The notes below the pieces were generated by a model that was not told where the DNA came from, did no database searches, and saw nothing but the letters and a program-made list of their open reading frames with translations. Below, piece by piece: positions 35,147 through 48,800 of a DNA stretch of 64,000 nucleotides. A program made the translations under genes and the position numbers. Every line of letters starts with the position of its first letter. Within the stretch, counting starts at the first letter, position 1. Source of the DNA: Oikopleura dioica (taxonomy: Eukaryota; Animalia; Chordata); contig OU015569.1 in NCBI GenBank assembly GCA_907165135.1, positions 6,324,001 to 6,388,000 on the forward strand. The letters run 5' to 3'.

Positions 35147-36182
35147 TGCTCATAAGAAGTAACCTTCAGGGCAATAGACTATAATATCGGGACAACAATA
35201 CTGTCAACCCTGCGGGCGCTTCTCTTGAGAATCAATCAATTAAAATTTATACATTTTAAGTCAACTTTTCCTAAATAATCATGTCCCCCGAATTACGGAT
35301 AATTGAGCAAAGAAGTAAGAATAAGTATTGTTCATAAACTGTCCCTTTTTCATTTTTCTCGACATCTACTTATTTTCAAAGAAAGTGTATTCCTTGCATC
35401 AGATAAAATGCTCTTGACGTGGAGAACGAATTCGCACTTACTCTTAATTTTTGCAAGCAAATATTAAGACAAAGGAAGCATATTATTTATTTTTTATGTT
35501 TTAGCTATCGTATTATATTAAACATCAACAGAGGTCACAATGAACCCAAAAAATGATCTTGGACTGGAGCCAAGTGAGAGTCTTGATCGATCAAAAAATT
35601 CACGGACGCATCTTAAAATCTTTATTGCTTCTTTTGCCCAATTATTGTTTTGGAGCCAAGCTTTTTTTGTTTGTTGTTCTTGAACTTGAGTAGGACGGTT
35701 CCATGGTTTCAAAAAGACTCTCCCGAGCGTGTGAAATATCTTCATCACGAAAGAAGTACTGTCAATAAGAATTTATACGCTTTGTTGTTTGAAAAACTTC
35801 CCTTGAGCAGATGAGGGTCTTCTCTTACTAATGAACGTGAACTGGGGAGAGCACAGAGTGTCACTGTGGGAAGTCTTGTCTATTCTCACTTACTGTGAGC
35901 TTTCCTGCCGCGCCCACAAAATACCAATGCAAATGCGTCTTATCACTGATAAGTTTTCATGCGAAGAGGTACATCCATCCACTTTCCGGTCAGATTGACT
36001 CTGGTCAGAAAGAGATACATAAGGTAAATCATGGTTTATTCAAAAATATAGAAAAACATAAAAATACATTTTGAGAACCCCGTCCAAGACAACATGAGGA
36101 CGGGGCTCATAAGGCACAGAAAAAGAGGCAGTTATGACTGGCGCACTTTGAGTCCAAAGAAAAAAGTTGTGAAGAAAATATT

Positions 36183-38710
36183 TTAATCAATCGAAATCGG
36201 TTCCCCAGAAACCTCAGGCATTCCTTCCACGTACTCTCCAGGCTCGGGCGACTTCGCCACGGCAAACTCGCTGAAGGCACCAACTCGACCATAGCGATCC
36301 TTCGCGCGTATGATGAAAATGTAATCGCCTTTTTTCGGAAAGTTCTTTAATGAACATCTGACTGGAATCCGGTGAAACATAACGTCTGAGAAACCTCAAC
36401 TGTAAAGCTTATGCGTACCGAATATCTTTACCTTTATTGCCAATAAGTTTCCATTTGATTCCTCGGTCTCTGATATCTCGATGCGCTGAACGTCTCTCTT
36501 CGGCGGGAATCTTTAAGACGTAGAGCTCAAAAGACTCTGGTTTGGCTCTATCCTTCAGTTCCTTTTCAGTCTTGTCAATGTCCCACATACAAACGACCGT
36601 GTTGTTCGATGAAAATGTAGCTTTTAACTTCAATCTATGAGGGAGTTGCTGTAAAATGCCATTTACATCTTTCGAAGACGTTGTGAATTTGGGAACTGGG
36701 GGAAGGGGCGGGAGAATTCGCGTAACGCCGTCGTTGAGCTTCACTTTATTGCACTCGGGGATGTCGGAATACAACAATCTTAATCAGTAAAATTGGTGTT
36801 TTTTATTATGAAATCGTACCTCGGGAGATTCTTTCTCGGGGGCGACTCTGGACTCGAAGAGTCTGTGTTCTTAGGCGATCGCGAACAACGGCCCGTCGTG
36901 GGAGCATTGACGATTTTTATAGGCAGAGCTTTCGCTATCACGACGCAAGGTGCCTGAACGTTCGTTGTGGGGATTCCGTTTGCAATTGTCACAGGATTCG
37001 TCGTTGAGTATGTTTGCCCTGGATTGGAAATCAGGCGTGGAGAAACTGGAGCGCTCCCGTTCAAGTTGATTTTCTTCGCTGGCTGTATGATTTCGTCATC
37101 ACTAGTTAGGTCGATCGCGCCATTAGTTTCAGACATCTCTTGCGATTTACGCTTCTGAATTACGTTTAATACATTTCATGACTAAATAGATTAACCTTTC
37201 CGGGAGGTGTCGTTTTCATTAAATTAATCGATTGCTGGAACTGTTCAATAACCGGCTGAAGGGACTTCGGGAGAATTGGACGATCAGTAGGAGATACACT
37301 TGGACTAGGTCTGATTGCTTCGGAATTTGTCGATGGAGAAGGCCTGTTTGTGTCTGAAGCGGCTGCTGGAGGAGCTACGGTTTGGTTTGAAGTTGCGGAC
37401 AGGTCTTTTTGGTCGATGATACTTCCATACTAAAAATACATTGCAAAGAAGAAAGCTGCAGACTGCAGTCACCTACAGCGAATTTTGCATAAAATAGGCT
37501 TGCTCGATTCCGAAAGTTTTGTTCGATGACGCGCTTTTACGGCGATAACTTAAGATTCGCAAAATAAACCTTCTGGAATCGACCAAACATATTTTAACAC
37601 CTAACACGATGAATTACGGACCTGGAACATCCAGGGCTGGATGACTTTAGTATCATAGGGTAATGGAATGGAATGGATTTGATTCAGATTTGAGGGCATG
37701 CCTGTGCTAACACCGATTTGGCTTGGAACCTGGTGGAAAGGAGCGGTATTTATCGATGGCGTCGCTTGAGACTGCTGAGGATCAGGGATTCTGGCAGCTG
37801 CGTTGTTTTGCTGGAAATTATCGGAACTTGACGACGAACAGGCTGGATAAGAAGAACCGTGAAAGATTGCACTAGATTCTGAAGGTTTCGACGTTTGGCC
37901 ATTCGAATCGCTCGGCGAGATATCGTTGAACGCAATAGGAGTCCATTTTTCTTGAACAGTGAGCTGCTTGTATTTCGTATTCTTGTTGTCGGCCAGAAGG
38001 GGGGTGTTCGTAGCCGCGTCGCAATACTTTTTCTCGTCGAAAAAGTGCAACTTTTTTGCGCGCTCTGGCAGACGTCGATATGTCTTTCCAAAATTTTTCA
38101 CAATTATTTTGGCTTCGGGAAAGTATTTATCAACCTGAATAAAATTATGAAATGAATTACATTCTATGATGAAATATAACTCTAAAAAGAACGTCACTTA
38201 TGTATTGGAGCGTAAATCTACACTTTCAGCTTCAAATTCCAGAGAAGAGATTTCTGTGGTATATGTACCTGTTCCCAAATTGTTTTTTGGTTGGCGGAAA
38301 GAATTGGGATGCTCCTAATCACTTCCTTGTAGGCTTCTGCTTCGGTTTTCCCTTTCGCCGCTCTGTCGCTGATTTTCTGCATGCGACTGAAACCTATTTT
38401 TAAATGAACATACAGAGAAAACATACTTGATTATAATGTCCTCGTATTTTGCTACAGGCTTGTAGTTCGCTTTCAGAGTCTTTGCTTTTTCGTAAAAACT
38501 CTCGGCCTCGTCGCGTTGTTTCTTCATTCTGCGAATTTCGTTTTGCAGATTCTTTATTTCCTGCGCCTGTTGTCTTATCGTCGCATCCTTAACCTTGAGC
38601 AGATCGCGGTTCTCTTTCTGGCTCCCGTTTTTCTTCGTTGTGCTAGGTTCATTCTTCGCTTTCAGATTTTCCATGCCATTTACTGACACTGGCTTTTCGT
38701 CAACTAAATA
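36183..38710 (-). CDS. ATF7IP: ATF7IP/MCAF (Windei/LIN-65)-like protein with coiled coil and C-terminal FN3 domain (5' end uncertain)
   Basis: LPPLPPVP...LKLKATF...VCMWD...KWKLIG and YIFIIRAKDRYGRVGAFS (ATF7IP YYFAVRAKDIYGRFGPF); coiled coil in ORF 38315-38689; Ser/Pro-rich middle. Confidence 0.75.
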
Positions 38711-40155
38711 AATTTGTTATGGTGCGGGGCAATGCAGTTGAAGTTTGGATGATGTAGATATTCACAGAATAAGAATTTTTACTGAAACGAAACACATTCT
38801 TAGGTTGAAAAGAAAGAAACAGTATTTTAGTTGTTTTCAATGCCCACTTGTGCAGGTAGAAACAATAATTTGGAGCTACAACAATTTTGCCCTTTTCAAG
38901 TGTTCTAGAAACATATCCATGGGATACAATTAGTGAGTTTTGTAAAACTTGTGCAAAGAACCTTTTTGAGTCGAAAATTTTGGATCCCGAAAAAATGAGT
39001 TTTCCTTTAGCGACACCGAATTTCTCTCCAGGTAAAAAAGAACCAATCAGAATCGACTTGAGGGTGTGTTGGTGATGATGGCCTGTAGACATTACCTGTA
39101 GTTTCTGAAAAATTGACCATGACTATTACTCTCCATCAAGAAACAAAAAACACGCGAATATCAGCCTTTGGTTGGCTTGGCTCGAACACGTGACCGGGGG
39201 CGTTTTTTCCCACGCTGGCCAGCAGAGGGACTCGAGCGCGAAGAAATTTCGGCGCGAACTTCAAATTTGTCGATCCCGCTCGTCTTCGAAAGCGTTAACG
39301 TGAAGTTCCACTCGCTGGCGAGGTCACTTTGCGTAGGTGGAGGTTGCCACGGTTGCGAAGATGGAAGCCTTGGTTCGCGCGTGGGCGTCAGCGGCTATCG
39401 ACTCGACCGCGCGCGACCCTCGCCACCCATCACCAAACCCCGCAATTGCCCAGACGAAAAGGGACACCCAAAATTTCGGTCCCCCAAATGATTGCAATCA
39501 TTAATTTTTACCCAATCTACGGCTCATCTTCACGCGGATCATCTTATTTTTCTAACATTTCCAACTCCGTTTCTAACTTTTCCCCTCAGTGGCAGATTTT
39601 TTCAGCAATTGCTTTCAGGCATTTTCCATTGCCATCAGCTGTGTATTCTCTCTTTCGAAGTCTTTGCTGGACTTTGGAACGCTTACTTCTTGGCTGAATG
39701 AGAACCTTCAAAAAGTTTGTTTTCAACTCACTCCACGGTTTTCCTTCCCGACATCTTAGTTTGTTGGATTTAACTTCGGCAACTGTTTGTTTTCTTTCTC
39801 AATTTAAGTAATATAATAACGAATAAGATACTCATCCATGGAAGAAATCTAAACAAGTGGCCGTTTTCTAAAATCCCGATGAAAGTAGATTGGTGGCCCA
39901 TGAGAAGCTACTTTCACGGTGGGAATTATTTGACTTGATTTTTCAAATAATAAGGGCGTTATTATAAGGCTAATGTGTGGAAAAAATATTCTTATCGAGA
40001 AGTGCTTTAAATAGTCATGACAATGCAATTTTCATAAGTTGTGGCGACTGAATAATAACTCCATGTAAGAGGATATCTTCTTTTCATTACAAGGCGGCTG
40101 CTGTATTATACATAAAACGTGCACTTGATAGATAGGAAGTCAAGTGCCGAAAATA

Positions 40156-41941
40156 ATGTCAGAGAAGGCTGAAGAAGGAGTCGAGAATCGAGCATTTGAA
40201 GATGAAACAGAGAAAAGAGATGAGGATGAAAGTGAAGACAGAGAAGAGGAAAACCAAGAAAGCGGGGTAAAAGAAGACGGCGAAGAAGATAAGAATGACG
40301 ACGGTAATTCGAAATGGAAACGCGCTGCAAAAAATGCTGTTCATCCAAGTCTACAAAATAAAGAACCTAAAGAAGATGAGGAAAGTGGTTTACAATTCTG
40401 AATAGTTCATTCAAACGTTGACTTTTTAATAGACAACTGTAGTAAATCGGCTAAAGAGTGAAATTTCATCTGGAAACGAGTCAGATTCAGGAAGCGAAAG
40501 AGACATGTCAGAAAGGTATTCTTCTCTCACGTGAACAATTTAAGACGTTCTTAGCTCAGACGAAGACGAACCTGAAATATCTCTAGCCCCGTAGTTTAAA
40601 AATTCTATTAAAACAGATGATAGATAATATAAACTATGTCAAGTTGGGAAAGAGATGAGCAAGAGGGAAGCCTTAAAAGCTCTTCTTGATTACATTGACG
40701 ATCATTGCTGCTGGGGCCGACGCCCTGCGAAGAAATTAGAAGTCAAGTCAGTCACATCGTCGACTGCTTTTAAGGTCTTTAAAAACTGGGAAAATCAAAA
40801 ATATCGGAATAGAGTCGGATCGTAACACAAAGTTCTAGTACCAAATTGCTTCTTACACAGAGACAAGGAGGATCGTAAGACGCCACCGACCATATTCAGG
40901 GCTTTTTCATTGTCAATTGATCATCAACTAAATTGAATACTTTAAAATTGCGTATGAAGCATGGAGGGTGGATTGACGATGATGGCGAAGTCTCACGCAT
41001 GTGGGACATCGCCGTACCGAAACCGTTTTACCCTGAAGACGAGGCGTCGAACCCAGTGGAGTACGAGGTCGACAGTACGTACGATACAAAACTAAACCAC
41101 ACGGAAGAAGTTTGGACTTGCCATAGATGTAGAGGCAGCGGCCGTGTTCGATGCACGCGCTGCCGTGGAAGTGGGCGAATCAATAGAACGTTGGTTTATT
41201 TTTTGGTTACAAGTTGCATCACTGCTGATGTTTTAGAGATTCAGAGGGTCGACAATATAGAGCAAACTGTCCGAGATGTTATGGTTCTGGGCGAGTGACA
41301 TGTGGAACTTGCGACGGCTCTGGTCGACTCGTTTGGTACAAAGTCGTGGTCACCACTTTTAAGACAATCTTCGATGATTATATATTTATGGTTTTCGTTA
41401 TGATGCAAAGAAACATTTTCCCACACAGGTTGCGAAAACTTAATTAAGATGAAAAGACAAAAATGGACGATGACGTTATTCACGCAGCAACAGGCGACAA
41501 GATTATGTTCTCTGCTGGAAGAAGGGTCGGCGCCATAACTCACTTTGAGCCAGAAGAAGTCGCTCAGAATTCCAAGCGATTGGTAGGAAGACATAGAGGA
41601 CTCAACAATGGAAGATGCAATCTCTGGCGAATGACTCATGTTAGTCAATTTTGAAAACTCATTAAAATCATGGTCTTTAGAAACTTCAATCTGTGCCTGT
41701 TTTTGAAGTCAAATACGAGCTCGACGATGATGATGGAATCTTCTGGATCGCGGGTAACAATAAAACGATTTACTCCGAAGAAATAGTTGACAACTTTACA
41801 AGCCTTTGTCATTATTTTCTATCACTTTTCAACTCCTTAAAGATTATCCTGCTCAATGCTGCTGTATTTGTAACGTTCCTGGATGCTTCAACAACTGTCA
41901 TAAATGTAACAACTGCGTGCTTCTCTAACTGTAGCATATAG
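40156..41941 (+). CDS. SSUH2: SSUH2 homolog (DnaJ-type CxxCxGxG repeats)
   Basis: Acidic N-terminus, EALKALLDYIDDHCCW, RMWDIAVP, CHRCRGSGRVRCTRCRGSG, and C-terminal PVFEVKY...FWIAGNNKTIY, all parallel to SSUH2. Confidence 0.85.
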
Positions 41942-42452
41942 ATTCCCTAGCAAATTTTAGGTAGATGTCTAGCATAAATCTGCGAAAATATACAGTCACA
42001 AACACTTGTTTCGGATTTATAAGCCACCAGCTTCAATACAGTATCAAAAAGTTGTTTAACCGTTCGGTATGTTTTTGTTTAGCACGTAAGACAGATGGCA
42101 CACATTTTGCACTGAAGAGACCTTCTGTATAATCTATAGACTATATTATTCAGAAATAGAGATTTTAAGGGTCGTGAGATTGATAAAAAGAAAGAAGAAA
42201 GAAGATAAATAGAATGATAAGACATTTTAATCAGACTTGTTCATTTTATAAAAACAGAGCATAATTACTTGAACTTATTTTGTATGGCCACCAATTACAA
42301 TTTATCTGTTGTTACAAAAAGCAGAGGCTCGGAAATAGTCTTTTCATAAAAAGTGTGTTATCTTGACAGTCGGAAGGTGAAAAAAATAATATTAGAATGG
42401 CGTTCTCCTGAAGTAGGCTTGCTGTTTGACTAGTCGAAGAGGCAGAGCATGA

Positions 42453-43371
42453 TTAGTCTGATTCGTAGCCACCACTTGCTCCACACAGCCGTTCATGCTC
42501 ACTCAGAATTGCTCGTAGGCCATTTGCTTGCTCCCTCAGCAGGTGAATCTCTTCCGATACTTCGTTCGTCGCCGCTCGAAGAACTCCCACTAAGTTTTCA
42601 GTAGAGCATATTTTCAAGTGGAGAGAAACTAACCTTTCTTTTCTAACGCCTCGGTTTGCTTTTTTTTCTTCGCACGGCTTTTGGCTGCTGCTTCTCGGTT
42701 TTTCACTCGTTTTGCTTCCACTCGTGCACGCTCCATTTCATCAGAAATCTAGACAACTTTGATGACATGGATTCCAAAAGGAAGTATTCAACAATGAGTA
42801 AGTTCTGCAAGTGTTTAATAAGGATTAGCATTTGAACGTGACAGGCAGGTGTTTTCCTAGATTGGCACGTTCTAAAAAGGGATGACTAAAAGTGTCGTCA
42901 CTGTCCGAATCATGCAGTGACTGAGATTTGACAAGTAGCTACTTTCCTCGGGCCAAAGTACGGAAATTCCTTCACGTGTGTCCCGTGATCAAAAGAAGAG
43001 TAATTTAAACTCACCAGTTCGAGGTTGATCTTCCCAGAGGTATCTTTGTAGTGATCGTAGTGGCCCTTCACTCTTCGTGGAGCAGCACTGCAGCTTTCGT
43101 TCCCGGACGAGCGAGCGGGACTCTGGATAGGTGTCGACTGCCCAGAGCCGAATATTTCATCTTCCAAGTATCTAAACACTCCTAGAAACCGTCTGACTTG
43201 AATAACATACTCTTGCTTGATCAACGAGGGCAGATCTTGAATGCACTTGATTTCCGATTGACAGTGGTCCAGCTGATGTCCGAGCACCTGATCCAGAACG
43301 TTGATTCCTTCTTCCAAATGAATCGAGGTGTTCCTGTTGAAAAGGACCAGGTCTATTTCATCTGGCGACAT
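42453..43371 (-). CDS. ATF3/JDP2/Fos-like bZIP factor, apparent frameshift in the zipper
   Basis: Basic region EAKRVKNREAAAKSRAKKKKQTEAL and a C-terminal LRAILSEHERLC (Fos/ATF3-type HxxxC). Linkage of the upstream exon (ORF 42910-43371) is inferred. Confidence 0.7.
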
Positions 43372-45875
43372 CTTGAGTAGAATGATGACTGCTTCTCCGC
43401 AATCTAAATGATTTCGTTATTTTCCGGCGGCGGCGATTGCGAGAACTTTTAAATAGACGAGTTAGCCTTTAGCGCCAGCAATAAACCCACTAACTGTTCA
43501 AGTCCGCCCATGTTCTTGACAGTTAGCAGCTCTAAATATGAGTGCCTTTTTAATTATCGCGAGCCTCCTGTTATTTTAACAGAGGGTTTGCAATAATCTG
43601 TTTTTGCATCAACGAAATTTACATTCTTGAAATAGCCTCTCAAATGTTTTGAGCACGCCAGTGCCTGTTTCAAATGGCAGCCTGTAACTGTATATCATAC
43701 CTCGGTTAGACAAAATTGTTTGTTATCTGCGCTGTTTTCTAGTTTTTTTTTCTTGGCTGGTATAAGCGGTGTTGGGGATTTATTATTTCTCTCGAAAATA
43801 CTTTCTCGGAATGTGCGCCGCACGTGAAATAACTGCGACAGCACTTAAGTTCTCTCCCGCCGTGGTGTTGGTGCAGCACAGTATCGCCAATCACGCTGAA
43901 CACGTGATAAGTCAGGGAAGGTTAGTTGAGATTTAAAAGTTATTCCGAAACGACGCCTTTGGAATAAGCTTGTTCGTGGTTGACAAAAACCCTCCTCCGC
44001 CTGGGATGGAGCCTCAGGCCACTTCTCAGAAGAATATTCCTCGGTAATTCCCCACCTCTTTCTATTATTTCTTTATCATCCCGCCCGTGCTTGTTTCCCC
44101 AACATGCGGGAGTCAAGTCCTACCCTCTGGCTCACCAGAATCAGCTTATTTCTAGCGCCGGATTCTTTCTCAGCAGAATAAGTAGCACGTTCAGTCGGAT
44201 GTACTTTAGTTTACTAGAACTAATCGCCAGAACGTGCGCTAGAATCGACTTACGCAAGGATAATATTCAACTGAATTTATGAGATTTATCAATTGTTCGA
44301 ACATGGAAAGGCAGACTTCAAATGTACAAAAATTAGAATACTTAGTCTTTCTACTCTGATGATAGCGAATTCTCTGTTAGAGCAAGACTCTTACCTGCAA
44401 TTTTTAGTTTGATGTTATTTTTCTTTTCCAGCTCTTATGATAAAAATATGACGAAAAAATAAAAACTGAAGTTTAGGTGTGTGTCTGTGAGCTGGTCTCA
44501 CTATATTATGAAATTTCGATGGTGGTGCTGCTGGTGGCGCAAAACACTTATCGCTTAGTAATCTTAACGTGTTGAGCCTTTCAAGCTTTCTCGCCGAGAG
44601 ATGAAATGATGATTCTTGATGCTCAAGGGAACGTCGGTTCCGTTCTGGTAATGTCTAGTATGAGCCAGATTCGTCACGTTAGATATCAAAGCCTTGATAA
44701 TGAAGAATGCGCCCTCGGGCACTGGGCTCCGATTAGGTCGACCTGGAAGAATCCACTGCACTCTTTTTGCGCGAAATAGTCCGAAGCACAGAAGAGTACT
44801 TCCCGCTGTGTTTTGCAAGCACGCATCACGGGATCAGGCGATGGAACGTGCTGGAAATGTTTTTGCTCCAGGTGGTGGCGCAATACAATCAGCGTTGCGG
44901 AATGTGACCACACAGACGTCTGCGAGAATCGTTTTTAGCCTATTTTAAATAATAATATCATCTTTCACAAGTCTTTTTTCTTCTAATCTAAGAACCATGT
45001 ACAATTGTAAGAGCATTCTCCAGCTTGTCTAGCGTTGACGGGGAAAAGAATCTGACTGTCAGAAGAAAGCTCGCCGGAATCTAGACTCTCGTTTGGGAGT
45101 GACAGACTTGTAATTCCCTCGGATCCACCAGATCAGTAAGCGGATTATCTCCAAGTTTCTGCAATATTAGTCAAAAAACTATATTTAGGCTATGAAATCC
45201 TCAATAATAGGTACGTTAATCAAACTAACAAGAGTCCATCGGAGCAGCATTAGTTCAACAGAAGCACCGATGTGACAAGAAGTCAATCTATTCGTCGTTA
45301 TGAAGAGATGCAAAGGTTGTCATTTTGTCGAAATTTTGGCCGCGTGACGAAGAAAATTTAGACAGTTTTTGCAATTCAACTTTGACCTAGTAATGAAACG
45401 TCGACGGACTTGAGTATCAATAAAATAGTTTTGTCCGTCGTCGATTCCTGTGTCTGCGGATAATCCGTCCTCGCAGAACCGTCTGTGGAAGCTTTGTCTT
45501 GATATCCTAATTGCCTATAAGATTCTCTTTTCCGCTTCGAAGTACTTGGGTTGCACTTTCCTTGTGGTATTTTAGGGTCTGAATGAGACCATTAAATTAG
45601 GCTGACGGATGATTTGGCGAGAGTTTCTTGTCAGAGCAGTACCGAATCTGGACCAAAGAGTACAAGAAGTATTTATTTGTTTCTGATCAACAAACTGAGA
45701 AGACACTTCATTCAAATACACCACACGACTTTTTCATAATTTCAGTATTCCTCAGAAGCAATGAAGAGTTCGCACAGGAAGGCCTGGCAGGTACCTCAAT
45801 AAACGAGAAATTAAAACAGTGAAACCCCGGATATTTTTAAACAACGCTGAGAAAATAATTTAAACATGCTTACGG

Positions 45876-48800
45876 ATGAAAATACAAGTATTTCTCGCTT
45901 TTTCATCCGTCAGAAGTTTTTCCGAGAGAATCGACACTAATTATATGATAAGGTCTTCTTTGCCGCTCTCCTTCTTATGGATGGAGTAGCTGGCCAAGTT
46001 TGGAGGCATCAACCTAGAGCTGCTCGTTCAATCCAGAAATTTGAATTTACAGAAGCCCAGAAAACCTCGCTTGCAAACGAAGTCAGCTGCCAATTTATGG
46101 GAAAGTATAACGAAGCCAGCAATGAAGTAGGGAAGGTGCCTAAAGTTGTAACGGCAAAGTTGTGTTTGATCACGTGACTAACGACACCGGGATGGTCGCT
46201 TGATTTTGAGTGACATCGCTATGAGCACCTTAAATAGCCAGAATGACCTTGTTAATGGACGCGATGGATCAGTACGACGAGCTTATGGCGTCAGAAGATG
46301 AACAGCTCGCTGCTCTACAGGATTCCTATAAAGCTTTCGAGATCTTGCACGAAGAACAAAATCAGCAGTGCCAGACAAATTTCACATCAATGCATAAATC
46401 CTGCAACACGTGCATCATGGAGAAATGCCAGGATTACTACAGAAACAACTGTGCCTCTTTGGAGCCCGACCCAATGGAAATTATTGAACCCCCGTGCAAG
46501 ACAAGGCCCGACTCGCCTTGCGAAGAGCCAGAAAGAACTGATCAAAGCATCGGAAGTAATATTGATAGATTTCCTCCTCGGCCTACCCCTGTTCAGGTAT
46601 CTTTCACTTGTCTTATTTATAGAGACTTAAAATTTAAAGCCTTCTTCTGGAATGAATATTCAAATTTCGGTCAATGGCGAGTCTGTTCCTTCCATGACCC
46701 AAGCATTGGAAATGATCAGAACTACAATGACTCAAAAGGTTACGGAACCGGAAGCTGACTGTGAACCAGGAAATTCTTTTGCGGAGTTTAAAGAAGTTGT
46801 CAGTCCAGTTTCGCGGAGCTCGTCTTACCAAGTTTCGATGTCCTCAAGTGGAGGAAACGGCAACACAGGCGCGGCGATGGGCTCATTGGGATCTCTTGAC
46901 GACATGATGCAAAATGAAAATGCGAAGGTGCAATTTAGAGCCAATATTAATGGAAAGGAAATCGAATGTGACTCTTACGAATGTATCCAGCAGCACAAGG
47001 AATGGTGGAAACATACAGAAATTTTGATTTCATATAATTTGTCGTAAATAATTAGAGTCAGTAGCCATGTTTAATCCAAATTGAAAGGAACAAATGTCCC
47101 GCTTTGAAAATCTATGGAATCAAAGAGCTGGTGCTTTTGGGCAGGATAGATCTGACTCTTCTGGTGCATCACGATTTTCGTATTCAATGAGTGGTAGCTC
47201 GGGATCGGGTCCTCGAACTTCATCGTCGTCCTTCCGAATGACATCATCATCCGGCGGCAGCTTTCCTCAGGCGCAGAGTCTCGGGTCCTCCATGACTGGT
47301 GGCTGCTCAGAGTGTGGAGGCTGTGGACAGCAGCAACAGGGAAGTTCTGCATTCCGCCAAAACCCCGTGGCTAACAGCGGCCCTTGCGGATTCCAGGAAC
47401 GAGCAGAGGTCGGTCATGGACGAGACTTATTTGGTGAAGTCAGACGTGATCTTGTTTCACTTGAAAACAGCGGCAATGGCAAAATTACAGGTGAAGCAAT
47501 ATTTGTTTTTGTGATGTTTGCGTCATTTACGGCCAAAGTTCGAAAAAAGGTAATCTTTTTCTTAGAGAATGGAAATACCTTTTCTTACTCTTGGGAAGGA
47601 ACTGGTGGCATTCCAGAAAACCTAGAAGAAATAATGAATCTTGGCTTAAGTCGACTAAATCGCCAGCGAGCGCACATGCGCAGCGGATGTAACACCGGTA
47701 GATGCACCAGGAATTTGCGAGAAGGACTTGCTCGTTCTCGACGATACTACCCAACAAAAACTCGACGAGCGGTTTCTCAATGCGCCATCGAACAAGCTGC
47801 CAAAGAAGCTGCCGAGCGTGCTCGCCAAGAAGAAGCTCGTCGACTAAGCGAACTCGCCAAGCAGGGTGGATACAACTCAGCATGCTCAATGCTCAACTCT
47901 CAACATGGGGAAGCACAAACGAATATGATGGTAACACAGCTTTTGACAAACCTCAAAGGAGAGCTCAGTCGCGCAACAGAAAAGTGTATGTCCAGTGGAA
48001 ACTGCCATAACACTCGAGTTAATATCAACATCGTTGGACGAACTTCTGGCGGCGGGTGCAACCCTGATGATTCCAACTCACCATGCAATCAAGCTCAGTC
48101 GCTTTACGATCAAACCCGAAACAAGATCAATGAGTGGACCAATACGCAGACAAATACACGAATCGACTTCTCCTTCAATGGCTCTGGTCAACCACAGCCT
48201 CAACCAACACAATCACCAACTCGACGACCTTATTACCCAGAAACTGATGCACCTTATGTCGCTCCTCAGCGCACGACCCCAGGTCGAAATGCTCCAGTTC
48301 AGCCAAATACCGACTCTAGCAGCGTCCCTGTTGATAATTTCCCCTCAAGACCAAATCCAGACGACTATTCGTATGATGGTTCACAGTCGTACGATGACAG
48401 CACAGTAGACTCAGATTACTATTCCAGTCTAGAAGAAAATATGAACCAGCTCGTTGAAAATCCAGCTGAGTGGGCGATTTGGGGTTCGTGGAGCTCATGC
48501 GACATCAACTGCGCAAACGGAAACGAAAAAGGAACTCAAGTTCGACGCCGAAATTGTGAAATCGACCGACAAGTAGTGTCCAATCTTCCAGTTGAAAATT
48601 GTAACATTGGAGACGATGTACAATACAGAGAGTGCCTGCCAGTACCCAAGCCATGCAATACCGTTAGTTTTTTGTAAAAATATGGTGAAACTAAGACGTT
48701 TTTAGTGGGCCCACTGGGGTTTCTGGACAGAATGCTCTGCAACTTGCGGTGCTGGTACCCGAGAGCGAACTCGCTCCTGCATGTATGGTGGCGAGTGCCA

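Noticed and set aside
35518-36020. Small minus-strand exon set between ATF7IP-like and Rh2
   Set aside because: Frame ambiguous and no homology; mentioned only within the operon hypothesis.
44400-45560. Exon-like minus-strand segments
   Set aside because: Probably coding, but I could fix neither frame nor family.
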